DNA of 64,000 nt, taken from assembly GCA_002269645.1 (NCBI GenBank), contig NIVC01001814.1, positions 94,751-158,750 on the forward strand, given 5' to 3'. This document shows positions 1 through 11,100 of this stretch, one piece after another (positions within the stretch are counted from its first letter, which is position 1; every line of letters begins with the position of its first letter). The stretch is from Macrostomum lignano (Eukaryota). Position numbers and translations under genes: made by a program. The notes under the pieces were generated by a model. That model was not told the DNA's origin. It ran no database searches and saw only the letters and a list, made by a program, of their open reading frames with translations.

Positions 1-168
1 TCAATTTGTTTTGAATTTGGTAGATATTAAATCCATAGCATGGCCCTTTCAATTAAATAATAGCTTAAATAAAACATTAAAATGAGTATAACTATTAACA
101 AATCAGATGCGTTTAAGTGCAGTAATAATGTAATAATAACGTTTTCATATTATTCAGCGGCCTAAACA

Positions 169-453
169 ATGGCCTACAATGGCAACGAAAAGATCATTGA
201 TGACCCTGTCATGGTCAATGGAAAATTTGTTCGCAGTGTTGGGTCCAGACCGAGCACCAGCATGTACAAGTACGTGTACTTGAAAGACGGCGACAAAGAC
301 TTCATGAAGCGGGCAGATCTCGCCGTTCGGGTTGGCGGCTCGCTCGGCGTTACGGTTGGCATTTTTCACTTGGCTACTTTTGGTCGCAATCCGAAGTTTC
401 CTAGCAGATGGGAACCAATTTATAAGATTGGTGAGAATTTTCCTGCATCTTGA
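169..453 (+). CDS. Orphan intronless ORF, 94 aa, unknown function
   Basis: ATG in good context (aacaATGg) and natural-looking composition (MYKYVYLKDGDKDFMKR). It starts 3 nt after the stop of a 27-aa ORF (82-165). No family recognised. Confidence 0.45.
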   Translation: MAYNGNEKIIDDPVMVNGKFVRSVGSRPSTSMYKYVYLKDGDKDFMKRADLAVRVGGSLGVTVGIFHLATFGRNPKFPSRWEPIYKIGENFPAS

Positions 454-512
454 TTGCATTTGGTAGTTAAGAGTTCTTTTAAACAGTTTTAAAAGGGATT
501 TGTTTAGATTCA

Positions 513-3500
513 ATGACTTCAGGCAATCTACATTCTTCCCTAAAGACTTCAGGCAATCTTCATCCTTCCCTAAAGACTTCAGGCAATCTTCATCCTTCCC
601 TAAAGACTTCAGGCAATCTTCATCCTTCCCAAAAGACTTCAGGTAATCTGTGTCCTTCCCAAAAGACTTCAGGTAATCTGCATCCTTCCCAAAAGACTTC
701 AGGTAATCTGCGTCCTTCCCAAAAGACTTCAGGTAATCTGCATCCTTCCCTAAATTAGACTTCAGGTAATCTTCATCCTTCCCTAAATTAGACTTCAGGT
801 AATCTGCGTCCTTCCCTAAATTAGACTTCAGGTAATCTTCATCCTTCCCTAAATTAGACTTCAGGTAATCTTCATCCTTCCTAAATTAGACTTCAGGTAA
901 TCTGCATCCTTCCCTAAATTAGACTTCAGGTAATCTGCATCCTTCCCTAAATTAGACTTCAGGTAATCTGCGTCCTTCCCTAAATTAGACTTCAGGTAAT
1001 CTGCATCCTTCCCTAAAATAGACTTCAGGTAATCTGCATCCTTCCCTAAAATAGACTTCAGGTAATCTGCATCCTTTCCAAAAGACTTCAGGTAATCTGC
1101 GTCCTTCCCTAAAATAGACTTCAGGTAATCTGCATCCTTCCCAAAAGACTTCAGGTAATCTGCATCCTTCCCTAAATTAGACTTCAGGTAATCTGCGTCC
1201 TTCCCAAAAGACTTCAGGTAATCTGCGTCCTTCCCAAAAGACTTCAGGTAATCTGCGTCCTTCCCAAAGTTAGACTTCAGGTAATCTGCATCCTTCCCTA
1301 AATTAGACTTCAGGTAATCTTCATCCTTCCCTAAAGACTTCAGGTAATCTGCATCCTTCCCAAAAGACTTCAGGTAATCTGCATCCTTCCCTAAAATAGA
1401 CTTCAGGTAATCTGCATCCTTCCCTAAATTAGACTTCAGGTAATCTGCGTCCTTCCCTAAATTAGACTTCAGGTAATCTGCGTCCTTCCCAAAAGACTTC
1501 AGGTAATCTGCGTCCTTCCCAAAAGACTTCAGGTAATCTGCGTCCTTCCCAAAGTTAGACTTCAGGTAATCTGCATCCTTCCCTAAATTAGACTTCAGGT
1601 AATCTTCATCCTTCCCTAAAGACTTCAGGCAATCTTCATCCTTCCCTAAAGACTTCAGGCAATCTTCATCCTTCCCAAAAGACTTCAGGTAATCTGTGTC
1701 CTTCCCAAAAGACTTCAGGTAATCTGCATCCTTCCCAAAAGACTTCAGGTAATCTGCGTCCTTCCCAAAAGACTTCAGGTAATCTGCATCCTTCCCTAAA
1801 TTAGACTTCAGGTAATCTGCATCCTTCCCTAAATTAGACTTCAGGTAATCTGCGTCCTTCCCAAAAGACTTCAGGTAATCTGCGTCCTTCCCAAAGTTAG
1901 ACTTCAGGTAATCTGCGTCCTTCCCAAAAGACTTCAGGTAATCTGCGTCCTTCCCAAAGTTAGACTTCAGGTAATCTGCATCCTTCCCTAAATTAGACTT
2001 CAGGCAATCTTCATCCTTCCCAAAAGACTTCAGGTAATCTGCGTCCTTCCCAAAAGACTTCAGGTAATCTGCATCCTTCCCTAAATTAGACTTCAGGTAA
2101 TCTTCATCCTTCCCTAAATTAGACTTCAGGTAATCTGCGTCCTTCCCTAAATTAGACTTCAGGTAATCTTCATCCTTCCCTAAATTAGACTTCAGTGTGT
2201 AATCTGCATCCTTCCCTAAATTAGACTTCAGGTAATCTGCATCCTTCCCTAAATTAGACTTCAGGTAATCTGCATCCTTCCCTAAATTAGACTTCAGGTA
2301 ATCTGCGTCCTTCCCTAAAATAGACTTCAGGTAATCTGCATCCTTCCCTAAATTAGACTTCAGGTAATCTGCGTCCTTCCCAAAAGACTTCAGGTAATCT
2401 GCGTCCTTCCCAAAGTTAGACTTCAGGTAATCTGCATCCTTCCCTAAATTAGACTTCAGGTAATCTTCATCCTTCCCTAAAGACTTCAGGTAATCTGCAT
2501 CCTTCCCAAAAGACTTCAGGTAAACTGCGTCCTTCCCAAAAGACTTCAGGTAATCTGCATCCTTCCCTAAATTAGACTTCAGGTAATCTTCATCCTTCCC
2601 TAAATTAGACTTCAGGTAATCTGCGTCCTTCCCTAAATTAGACTTCAGGTAATCTTCATCCTTCCCTAAATTAGACTTCAGTGTGTAATCTGCATCCTTC
2701 CCTAAATTAGACTTCAGGTAATCTGCATCCTTCCCTAAATTAGACTTCAGGTAATCTGCGTCCTTCCCAAAAGACTTCAGGTAATCTGCGTCCTTCCCAA
2801 AGTTAGACTTCAGGTAATCTGCATCCTTCCCTAAAGACTTCAGGTAATCTGCATCCTTCCCTAAAGATTTCAGGCAATCCTCATCCTTCCCTAAAGACTT
2901 CATGTAATCTTCATCCTTCCCTAAAGACTTCAGGCAATCCTCATCCTTCCCTAAAGACTTCAGGTAATCTTCATCCTTCCCTAAAGACTTCAGGCAATCC
3001 TCATCCTTCCCTAAAGACTTCAGGCAATCCTCATCCTTCCCTAAAGACTTCAGGCAATCCTCATCCTTCCCTAAAGACTTCATGTAATCTTCATCCTTCC
3101 CTAAAGACTTCAGGCAATCCTCATCCTTCCCTAAAGACTTCAGGTAATCTTCATCCTTCCCTAAAGACTTCAGGCAATCCTCATCCTTCCCTAAAGACTT
3201 CAGGCAATCCTCATCCTTCCCTAAAGACTTCAGGCAATCCCCATCCTTCCCTAAAGACTTCAGGTAATCTTCATCCTTCCCTAAAGACTTCAGGCAATCC
3301 TCATCCTTCCCTAAAGACTTCAGGCAATCCTCATCCTTCCCTAAAGACTTCAGGCAATCCCCATCCTTCCCTAAAGACTTCAGGTAATCTTCATCCTTCC
3401 CTAAAGACTTCAGGCAATCTTCATCCTTCCCTAAAGACTTCAGGTAATCTGCATCCTTTCCTAAAGACTTCAGGCAATTCTCATCCTTCCCTAAAGACTT

Positions 3501-3545
3501 CAGGTAATCTTCATCCTTAACTAAAGACTTCATGTAATCTTCATG
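513..3545. repeat. 30/33-nt tandem array (aaagacttcaggtaatctgcatccttccct and an aaattagac variant), roughly 95 units
   Basis: Directly visible. It contains higher-order duplications, e.g. the rare tcagtgtgtaatc variant near 2190 and 2680. Confidence 0.97.
861..3533 (-). CDS. Putative repeat protein (KSLGKDEDYL / KSNLGKDADYL)n, 890 aa
   Basis: ATG at 3533 and a stop-free frame. Unit length variants are 30/33/36 nt (all 3n), and many variants are synonymous (GAT/GAC, GAA/GAG). It terminates only because of a 1-nt deletion near 880. Confidence 0.4.
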   Translation of the reverse strand: MKSLVKDEDYLKSLGKDENCLKSLGKDADYLKSLGKDEDCLKSLGKDEDYLKSLGKDGDCLKSLGKDEDCLKSLGKDEDCLKSLGKDEDYLKSLGKDGDCLKSLGKDEDCLKSLGKDEDCLKSLGKDEDYLKSLGKDEDCLKSLGKDEDYMKSLGKDEDCLKSLGKDEDCLKSLGKDEDCLKSLGKDEDYLKSLGKDEDCLKSLGKDEDYMKSLGKDEDCLKSLGKDADYLKSLGKDADYLKSNFGKDADYLKSFGKDADYLKSNLGKDADYLKSNLGKDADYTLKSNLGKDEDYLKSNLGKDADYLKSNLGKDEDYLKSNLGKDADYLKSFGKDAVYLKSFGKDADYLKSLGKDEDYLKSNLGKDADYLKSNFGKDADYLKSFGKDADYLKSNLGKDADYLKSILGKDADYLKSNLGKDADYLKSNLGKDADYLKSNLGKDADYTLKSNLGKDEDYLKSNLGKDADYLKSNLGKDEDYLKSNLGKDADYLKSFGKDADYLKSFGKDEDCLKSNLGKDADYLKSNFGKDADYLKSFGKDADYLKSNFGKDADYLKSFGKDADYLKSNLGKDADYLKSNLGKDADYLKSFGKDADYLKSFGKDADYLKSFGKDTDYLKSFGKDEDCLKSLGKDEDCLKSLGKDEDYLKSNLGKDADYLKSNFGKDADYLKSFGKDADYLKSFGKDADYLKSNLGKDADYLKSNLGKDADYLKSILGKDADYLKSFGKDADYLKSLGKDEDYLKSNLGKDADYLKSNFGKDADYLKSFGKDADYLKSFGKDADYLKSNLGKDADYLKSFGKDADYLKSILGKDADYLKSFGKDADYLKSILGKDADYLKSILGKDADYLKSNLGKDADYLKSNLGKDADYLKSNLGKDADYLKSNLGRMKIT

Positions 3546-3656
3546 CTTCCTTTAAAAATGAACTAATTAATAATGAAACAATGGTAGTGTAAGGAAATCT
3601 CACACTGGCTTAGCCAACCCATCCCGTTACTAGCGTACTCGTGGGCTGGCGGCATC

Positions 3657-3932
3657 ATGGCCTCTCTGCTACACGCTGGCACCGTGTCAATCAGCTCGCA
3701 GCTGCAGGGCGGCCGCGATCTGGTGCGAAACTGGGCCCTGGGTGGTGCTGTCTCCGGCGCGTTCATCTATTCTATTGTGCGCATGACGCCCGCTCGGCAG
3801 TCTTACCTGGCCCGCGTACCGCTGACCCTGGCTGCCATCTGCGCCGCTATTAAGGTTGGTCTGATTGCTTTTCGCTTCGGCTGGTTTTCTATATATCGTC
3901 TAATTGGCTGTTTTGTTTTTAAGTGCGGCTGA
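3657..3932 (+). CDS. Orphan small membrane protein, 91 aa, two hydrophobic segments
   Basis: ATG in catcATGg context. Hydrophobic stretches are WALGGAVSGAFIYSIV and VPLTLAAICAAIKVGLIAF. Intronless. Confidence 0.45.
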   Translation: MASLLHAGTVSISSQLQGGRDLVRNWALGGAVSGAFIYSIVRMTPARQSYLARVPLTLAAICAAIKVGLIAFRFGWFSIYRLIGCFVFKCG

Positions 3933-5395
3933 ACTGGTGAATAGCCAGGCTGAACTGGTGAATAGCCAGGCTGAACTGGTGAATAGCCAGGCTGAACTGG
4001 TGAATAGCCAGGCTGAACTGGTGAATAGCCAGGCTGAACTGGTGAATAGCCAGGCTGAACTGGTGAATAGCCAGGCTGAACTGGTGAATAGTGAGGCTGA
4101 ACCGGTGAATAGCCAGGCTGAACCGGTGAATAGCGAGGCTGAACCGGTGAATAGTGAGGCTGAACCTGTGAATAGCAAGGCTGAACCGGTGAATAATGAG
4201 GCTGAACCGGTGAATAGCCAAGCTGAACCGGTGAATAGCCAGGCTGAACTGGTGAATAGTGAGGCTGAACCGGTGAATAGTGAGGCTGAACCGGTGAATA
4301 ATGAGGCTGAACTGGTGAATAGTGAGGCTGAACCGGTGAATAATGAGGCTGAACTGGTGAATAATGAGGCTGAACCGGTGAATAGCGAGGCTGAACCGGT
4401 GAATAGTGAGGCTGAACCGGTGAATAGTGAGGCTAAACCGGTGAATAATGAGGCTGAACCGGTGAATAGTGAGGCTGAACCGGTGAATAGCGAGGCTGAA
4501 CTGGTGAATAGCGAGGCTGAAGCGGTGAATAGCGAGGCTGAACTGGTGAATAGTGAGGCTGAACCGGTGAATAGTGAGGCTGAACCGGTGAATAATGAGG
4601 CTGAACTGGTGAATAGTGAGGCTGAACCGGTGAATAATGAGGCTGAACTGGTGAATAATGAGGCTGAACCGGTGAATAGCGAGGCTGAACAGGTGAATAG
4701 CGAGGCTGAACTGGTGAATAGCGAGGCTGAACTGGTGAATAGTGAGGCTGAACCGGTGAATAATGAGGCTGAACTGGTGAATAATGAGGCTGAACCGGTG
4801 AATAGTGAGGCTGAACCGGTGAATAGTGAGGCTGAACTGGTGAATAGCCAGGCTGAACTGGTGAATAGCCAGGCTGAACTGGTGAATAGCCAGGCTGAAC
4901 TGGTGAATAGCCAGGCTGAACTGGTGAATAGCCAGGCTGAACTGGTGAATAGTGAGGCTGAACCGGTGAATAGTGAGGCTGAACCTGTGAATAGCAAGGC
5001 TTAACCGGTAAATAATGAGGCTGAACCGGTGAATAGCCAGGCTGAACCGGTGAATAGCCAAGCTGAACCGGTGAATAGCCAGGCTGAACCGGTGAAAAGC
5101 GAGGCTGAACCTGTGAATAATGAGGCTGAACCGGTGAATAGCGAGGCTGAACTGGTGAATAGCGAGGCTGAAGCGGTGAATAGCGAGGCTGAACCGGTGA
5201 ATAATGAGGCTGAACCGGTGAATAGTGAGGCTGAACTGGTGAATAGTGAGGCTAAACCGGTGAATAGTGAGGCTGAACCGGTGAATAATGAGGCTGAACT
5301 GGTTAATAGTGAGGCTGAACCGGTGAATAATGAGGCTGAACCTGTGAATAGCTAGGCTGAACCGGTGAATAGCGAGGCTGAACCGGTGAATAGCA
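3927..5395. repeat. 21-nt tandem array (gctgaaccggtgaatagtgag), ~70 units; + frame reads NSEAEPV
   Basis: Directly visible. The + frame has stops at 5002-5004 and 5353-5355. Confidence 0.97.
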
Positions 5396-6046
5396 AAAAT
5401 ACTATTCCATCACTGTTAAATTGCAGATCGCCGTTATCTACGACAAGCCACTGCAAGGCCACCCGGTAACATCCTACGGAATGGTCCCGTTGGACCGCAC
5501 CTTGGGTCCGCGCCACTACGACACAATAAATCCCTATCGCAAGCAGGAAGAGCACTACCTGGAGAAGTACCTGTGAAGTTTTTTTGGAGCGTAGAGACTG
5601 CTTGTTTGATCGCCTATTTGGACCCACGTTTAGAGAAGGCGATATAGTTTTAACTCTGTTCATATTGTGCATGAACGCTGTAGTACTCATCGTAGTGTAA
5701 AATAAATAAAATAAATCGGCTTGGATTGACACCTGCGACTCCCTCTCCTTTAAAGTACAGACTGGTAACGCTAGTAGGAGTTATATTATTAATTTTTCTT
5801 TCAATTTAGCATTAACCACACGCTATAGGCATGAAGTACTTGTTTTATTACTAACAGTAGTTATGCCATGCCGGCCCTATGATAGAAATAAATAAACTGC
5901 ACAGATATCGTTTGAATAGAAATTAGTGTGACCAGTGGCGTGTTTCACCCTGCTGTCTATCAATCATTTTAAAAAGACTTGCGCAATTTCGAATGACGTT
6001 TGACTTTGTTAATTTGCTTACACCAATCTTGGCCAACAAGCGGAAA

Positions 6047-6920
6047 CTGTGAGCGGCCCGCTAGAGGACCACAGAAACAATGAGAATCTGTGAGCGGCCC
6101 GCTAGAGGACCACCGAAACAATGAGAATCTGTGAGCGGCCCGCTAGAGGACCACAGAAACAATGAGAATCTGTGAGCGGCCCGCTAGAGGACCACAGAAA
6201 CAATGAGAATCTGTGAGCGGCCCGCTAGAGGACCACCGAAACAATGAGAATCTGTGAGCGGCCCGCTAGAGGACCACAGAAACAATGAGAATCTGTGAGC
6301 GGCCCGCTAGAGGACCACAGAAACAAAGAAACTGTGAGCGGCCCGCTAGAGGACCACAGAAACAATGAGAAACTGTGAGCGGCCCGCTAGAGGACCACAG
6401 AAACAATGAGAAACTCTGAGCGGCCCGTTAGAGGACCACAGAAACAATAAGAAACTGTGAGCGGCCCGCTAGAGGACCACAGAAACAATGAGAAACTGTG
6501 AGCGGCCCGCTAGAGGACCACAGAAACAATGAGAATCTGTGAGCGGCCCGCTAGAGGACCACAGAAACAATGAGAATCTGTGAGCGGCCCGCTAGAGGAC
6601 CACAGAAACAATGAGAATCTGTGAGCGGCCCGCTAGAGGACCACAGAAACAATGAGAAACTCTGAGCGGCCCGTTAGAGGACCACAGAAACAATAAGAAA
6701 CTGTGAGCGGCCCGCTAGAGGACCACAGAAACAAAGAAACTGTGAGCGGCCCGCTAGAGGACCACAGAAACAATGAGAAACTGTGAGCGGCCCGCTAGAG
6801 GACCACAGAGAAACAATAAGAAACTGTGAGCGGCCCGCTAGAGGACCACAGAAACAATGAGAAACTCTGAGCGGCCCGTTAGAGGACCACAGAAACTGTG
6901 AGCGACCCGTTAAAGAGGAC
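6047..6920. repeat. 41-nt tandem array, ~21 units, each with an agcgg-c-ccgct palindrome
   Basis: Unit is ctgtgagcggcccgctagaggaccacagaaacaatgagaat. There are no unique spacers. Confidence 0.95.
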
Positions 6921-6959
6921 CACAGAAAAAAGACGGAAATAGCGAAAAGCATATTGGAG

Positions 6960-7770
6960 GATCTATGACTTTTTGACTTGACTTTGTTGCAAGGGATTAT
7001 GAAGCGTGGAGGCGGAGACCGCCCATTCCTCTAGCTGCCCTGGCGACCAACATGCAACATCCAACGAAGTAATGTTCAGGGGGAACCCATCGGTCTCGCC
7101 TTCCGCGCGGTCCCCAACAGCAGTGGGGAAGAAATCAGCTGGTTTCGTGTCCGTGAGGTACATGTAACGCGAGCAAGCAGCGGCATGCTCTCAGTCCTGC
7201 ATTCGCCGGAGAGAACTGGGTTTGGCCCCATGTCAGTGATCAGACTTGCCCTGGTGAAAACCGATGAAGTGCTCAGCGTTTTCACTGCCTAAACGACAAA
7301 AAGGGCATCGCTACTTAGGTACTTGCCCTGGAGGAAAAGATGGGGAGAAAAAGCAGCCACGGCCTGAGAGGCCATGCTGACTGCTCTAAGATCCCTGCGG
7401 TTGAGCCAAAGGAGGGGCTCGACGCAGAAGGGGGGAGGGCAGGGAAGGGGTGGTAGCACGGGATCGCTTGCAATTCCGAGTGTCATTGAGATGCTTAAAG
7501 TCTGTCCAGTGTCTGCTCGGGGTCTCACCGAGACAGGGATGCGGCCTTAGCCAGCAGGTCAGCGTGCGAGGAAACCAGCGTGGCTTTTGAGCTCCACCTG
7601 ACGTGGTTGCCCCGTTACCCTGGGAAGCGACGGCTTAATGATTGAGGCGGCGAGTTTGTTTTCGACATACTGCGATGCACTATTCTGAGAAGCAGCTCGA
7701 TGCAGCCAGCTTCCAATAGCAGTCGCACGCACCTGTAAAGCTGGCGTTTCACATTTCTTCATTGGAGCAT
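6960..7770 (-). mobile_element. Decayed 3' fragment of an RNase H-containing non-LTR retrotransposon (I/R1-like)
   Basis: Minus-strand translation across stops and frameshifts gives LKSHAG...DLLAKAA (RNase H C-terminal motif, ~7545-7620) and LSGRGCFF...RCPFCRLGSENAEHF (LINE C-terminal Cys/His knuckle region, ~7262-7370). Confidence 0.6.
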
Positions 7771-8163
7771 TTCACAATCACTTTGCACTACTGTTAGTAC
7801 GCTCGTAGAATGTAGAAAATGCATGGTTATACTGCATGCGCCTGTTTCAGTTGGGTCCCAACTTGCCAGCCAATAGGAATGGTCGGAGCTAGCTGTAAGG
7901 TAGCAGGCTGGGCTCTCAGGTATTAATATAAAAGCCGTGGAATGCAACCTCTTACCTCCGATACGCTAATTGTTCCTCGCCGCATACAAGCTATATAGCA
8001 CTTGATTGAATATTAATATTTTGATAGCCAACAAAGCTGAACTGCTTGCCTTTTCTAGTCAAGTATGCAAGGTCTGGCTACTTGATAATAAAGCCCCAAT
8101 CATAAGAGACACAATAATTAATAATCCACCTAAAACTACGCCAAAAACAACTGTAAAGTTGTC

Positions 8164-11100
8164 ATGCGACTGGAGAAGCTCGGCTGCGTCTGCCGGCTTG
8201 ATTGCCTGGTGCTTCTGCTGGTCTGCTGGAGTTCCTGCGTTTCAACAGCACCTTCTAACAGTAGAAAGGATCGAATTGTCTACTGGAATGCGACTAGTTC
8301 TGTGTAAGTACAGGCTCTACTTTTATTTTCAGCGTCGCCAGGATCTTGCCAGCGGGGGGTGTGGGGGCCTTGCCATTGCCACACTTGCGGCCTCGTGGGC
8401 TCGTGGCCACTAGCTATGTCCCTGCCGCTGGCGTCCTCATCACTAATCAGAATAAAGGGGCTTGCATGTATAAAACAGGTGTTTATCGCTTTTTTGCTGT
8501 GATACATTTTACTATAGTGGGTTAATTTAATTTGTTTATTGCACAGCGGCTCTTGGGGTGGTGGTTGCATTCTTCCACCCTTAGGGTTGTTTGTCTGACT
8601 CCGATAATCGATATTAGGCGGCGGGGGTGGGGGTATGGCTGGGACGAGAAATTCTAGGGGTAGGCCAGTTCGTCAGTTTGTAATGTACATATGTATGTAC
8701 ATTGGCTTATTTTTTTATCGTTCCAAATGTGATAAGCCCGTACAGAAAAGACTGTCCGCTTCGATCCACACCCAAGGAAGCGAAGCGACACTGAGTCACT
8801 GACATGTGCAACCCCCATTTTTGCAAGTTTAGTTACTCTCGATTCTCGAACCTTTTAGAAAGGGGTATTTCACACAATTCCCTAAATTTCAAATTGACTT
8901 AAAGTTAAACATCCTGTGGTTAAGAAAAAACTGAAAAAAGCTTCTAGAATTGAAATGTGCTAAATGTTTTTCGCTTCTCGAGACTCGAGAGTACTAAAAT
9001 CTGGTTTAGTCTGGTTTGCAGTTGAAATTATTTCACAGAAATATTTTTGTTGCAAACATCGTTATGGACTTGAAACGTTAAGTCACACCTGTACTTGTTG
9101 GTGCAGCAAAGTAATGTTCTGTGATATGTCATTGTAAAATGGAAACAATGTTGCGAAACTACGCTCCTAACATCAAAGTAAGAAATATTGAGAAAACTCA
9201 AAAAGTTTAGTACTTCTGGGAAGCAAAGAAAATTTCAGCACACAATCACCCTTTAAATTCCTGTTGAAAATCTTTAAATTAGGTTTTTTCTACGAGCCGT
9301 GATCAAGCGGGATTATCCAAAAACTTCCGGATTGAATCGTGGAAACACAAAAAGCTACTTGTGTACGACGACGCTATGAACTCGCGCTGGCGCTGCCTGC
9401 ATCCCATAAAGCTAGCCTATTCAAAAAAACGAGAATAGTTTTGCTGAGATGCGCTGCTGAGTTTCTTTTTGGGATCAGATTTTGGGATTTGCATCTGGTT
9501 CTCTCGTTTTGTAATGCTGGGGGGGGGGGGCATCCGCTGTTTTGGAACGAATTCCCATTGGGAAGCAATCTCGGGCAGGGATGCGAGAATTGCAAACAAG
9601 CTATATAGGACGAACTTCGGCACTCATGATATGCAAATCCTGAGTCTAATAGGGGTTGGGGATAATAGTTTATCAGTCCTGAGAGGCAGACAGAGAGTGA
9701 AGACCAATAGCAAACTTGCCAAGCTTAGATTCCACATTCCATTCCTACCAAAGGACTCGGCGCAAAAATGGACAGGAATGCATGTTGTCCCTACCTACTA
9801 CTACATAGTATATGAACATGGTCCGGGATAAGGTCCGGGATAATTTTCTCTAAGTGGAAAATAACAGAAAATAACTTCTGTAGAGGCTGTGGACAGTGTG
9901 ACTGGCTTGCCATCATAAGATTGACACATGAGTTTAAAATTACAGTGCCCATGTTCTGACATTCTGATTCTAGCCATTTAGCATTTCCAATCTCGAAAAT
10001 CCTGTTTATATTTCGGATCCTGCATTTTCTTCTTCTAAATCTTTAAATTCAATGTTACAATGTTTCAGTGGCTTCTTTTGTTTGACTTAAAAAAAATGGA
10101 GAAACAGTCTCTCTCGGGTTACTTCGCCATGCTGTGTAGATTCTTGAGTACCTGTTGCCTGGCATGATGACTCAAAGCAGTGAGGAGATTGTAATCTGGG
10201 AGAGTGGCGGGAGACGACCTGTGTGATGGGGAAAGATTACCTGGAGTAAAGAGGGAAGGAAATCTTTCCCTTTGACGACTGCTGACGGATGGGCCAGGGG
10301 AGGGGGTGGACCACCCGCGTGTCTGGACGCCGGGAAACTTGATGGCGCCAATCTGGGAGAAATAAATTACCTGCTGAAGAGGCGGCAATTGCCTAGGCTG
10401 GTCTCAGGGTGCACTAATGCTTGGCACTAGGCTGTGATGAGCCATTGAGCAGCGGAACGGCTCAATGATTGCTATCTATCTCCGATTCTCTTTCTCAACT
10501 TTCTTCCCTCCGTTGGGACCTGCCAGCCCATCTCTTTCTTGACAAAGCAATAAGCTCTTCTACCTGATTTATTAAATATGGCTTGGGAATAATGGTGTGA
10601 ATTTCATCAGTGCCCGAACAACAAGTTAAATAGCCACTTGACTGAGTTGTGAAGCTGATGGTCACCTACTATAATCGAAGTAAAGTTTCCGACAGACTGG
10701 TCCGTTCCTCATCCTTAGCCATTAGCTTTTTATTTGTAAATATCCACACAAACAAACAAAAGCTTCATTTGCTATTCGATAGGTCAGCTCAGGATTTGAG
10801 AAATTAGGAACTTGGTGCTGCAAAAATTGATATTTCCTATTAATTGAATGCAGCAGAAAGCTGCACCGCACCATTCGAAAGTAATCAGTGCACTGAAACC
10901 CTCTACAGGGGATTGTGTCCGATTGCTTCTACTCGTACAAGCAAACACACAACAAACGGAGCTATAACATAAGTGCTTGGCTAGCTAGAAAGAGCGATGA
11001 TCTATCTAGAAACCTCGCGTGCGGCATCGGTGAATTTGAGAGGCATTTGGAGGAGGGAGGCACAAAGAGAATGTTGGAAAACCGCGAAGTCGCTTGAGTT

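Noticed and set aside
154-453. Minus ORF 154-513 as a standalone gene
   Set aside because: TTG start, and its C-terminal part is the in-register antisense shadow of the better-supported + ORF 169-453.
6047-6920. CRISPR array or lac operator (tgtgagcgg) resemblance
   Set aside because: No unique spacers, no cas genes and eukaryotic context. The lacO match is only 9 nt.
8857-9256. TTAA-type MITE (AGGG...CCCT-TTAA)
   Set aside because: The terminal match is ~4-6 nt and the left TTAA is absent, which is too weak to call.
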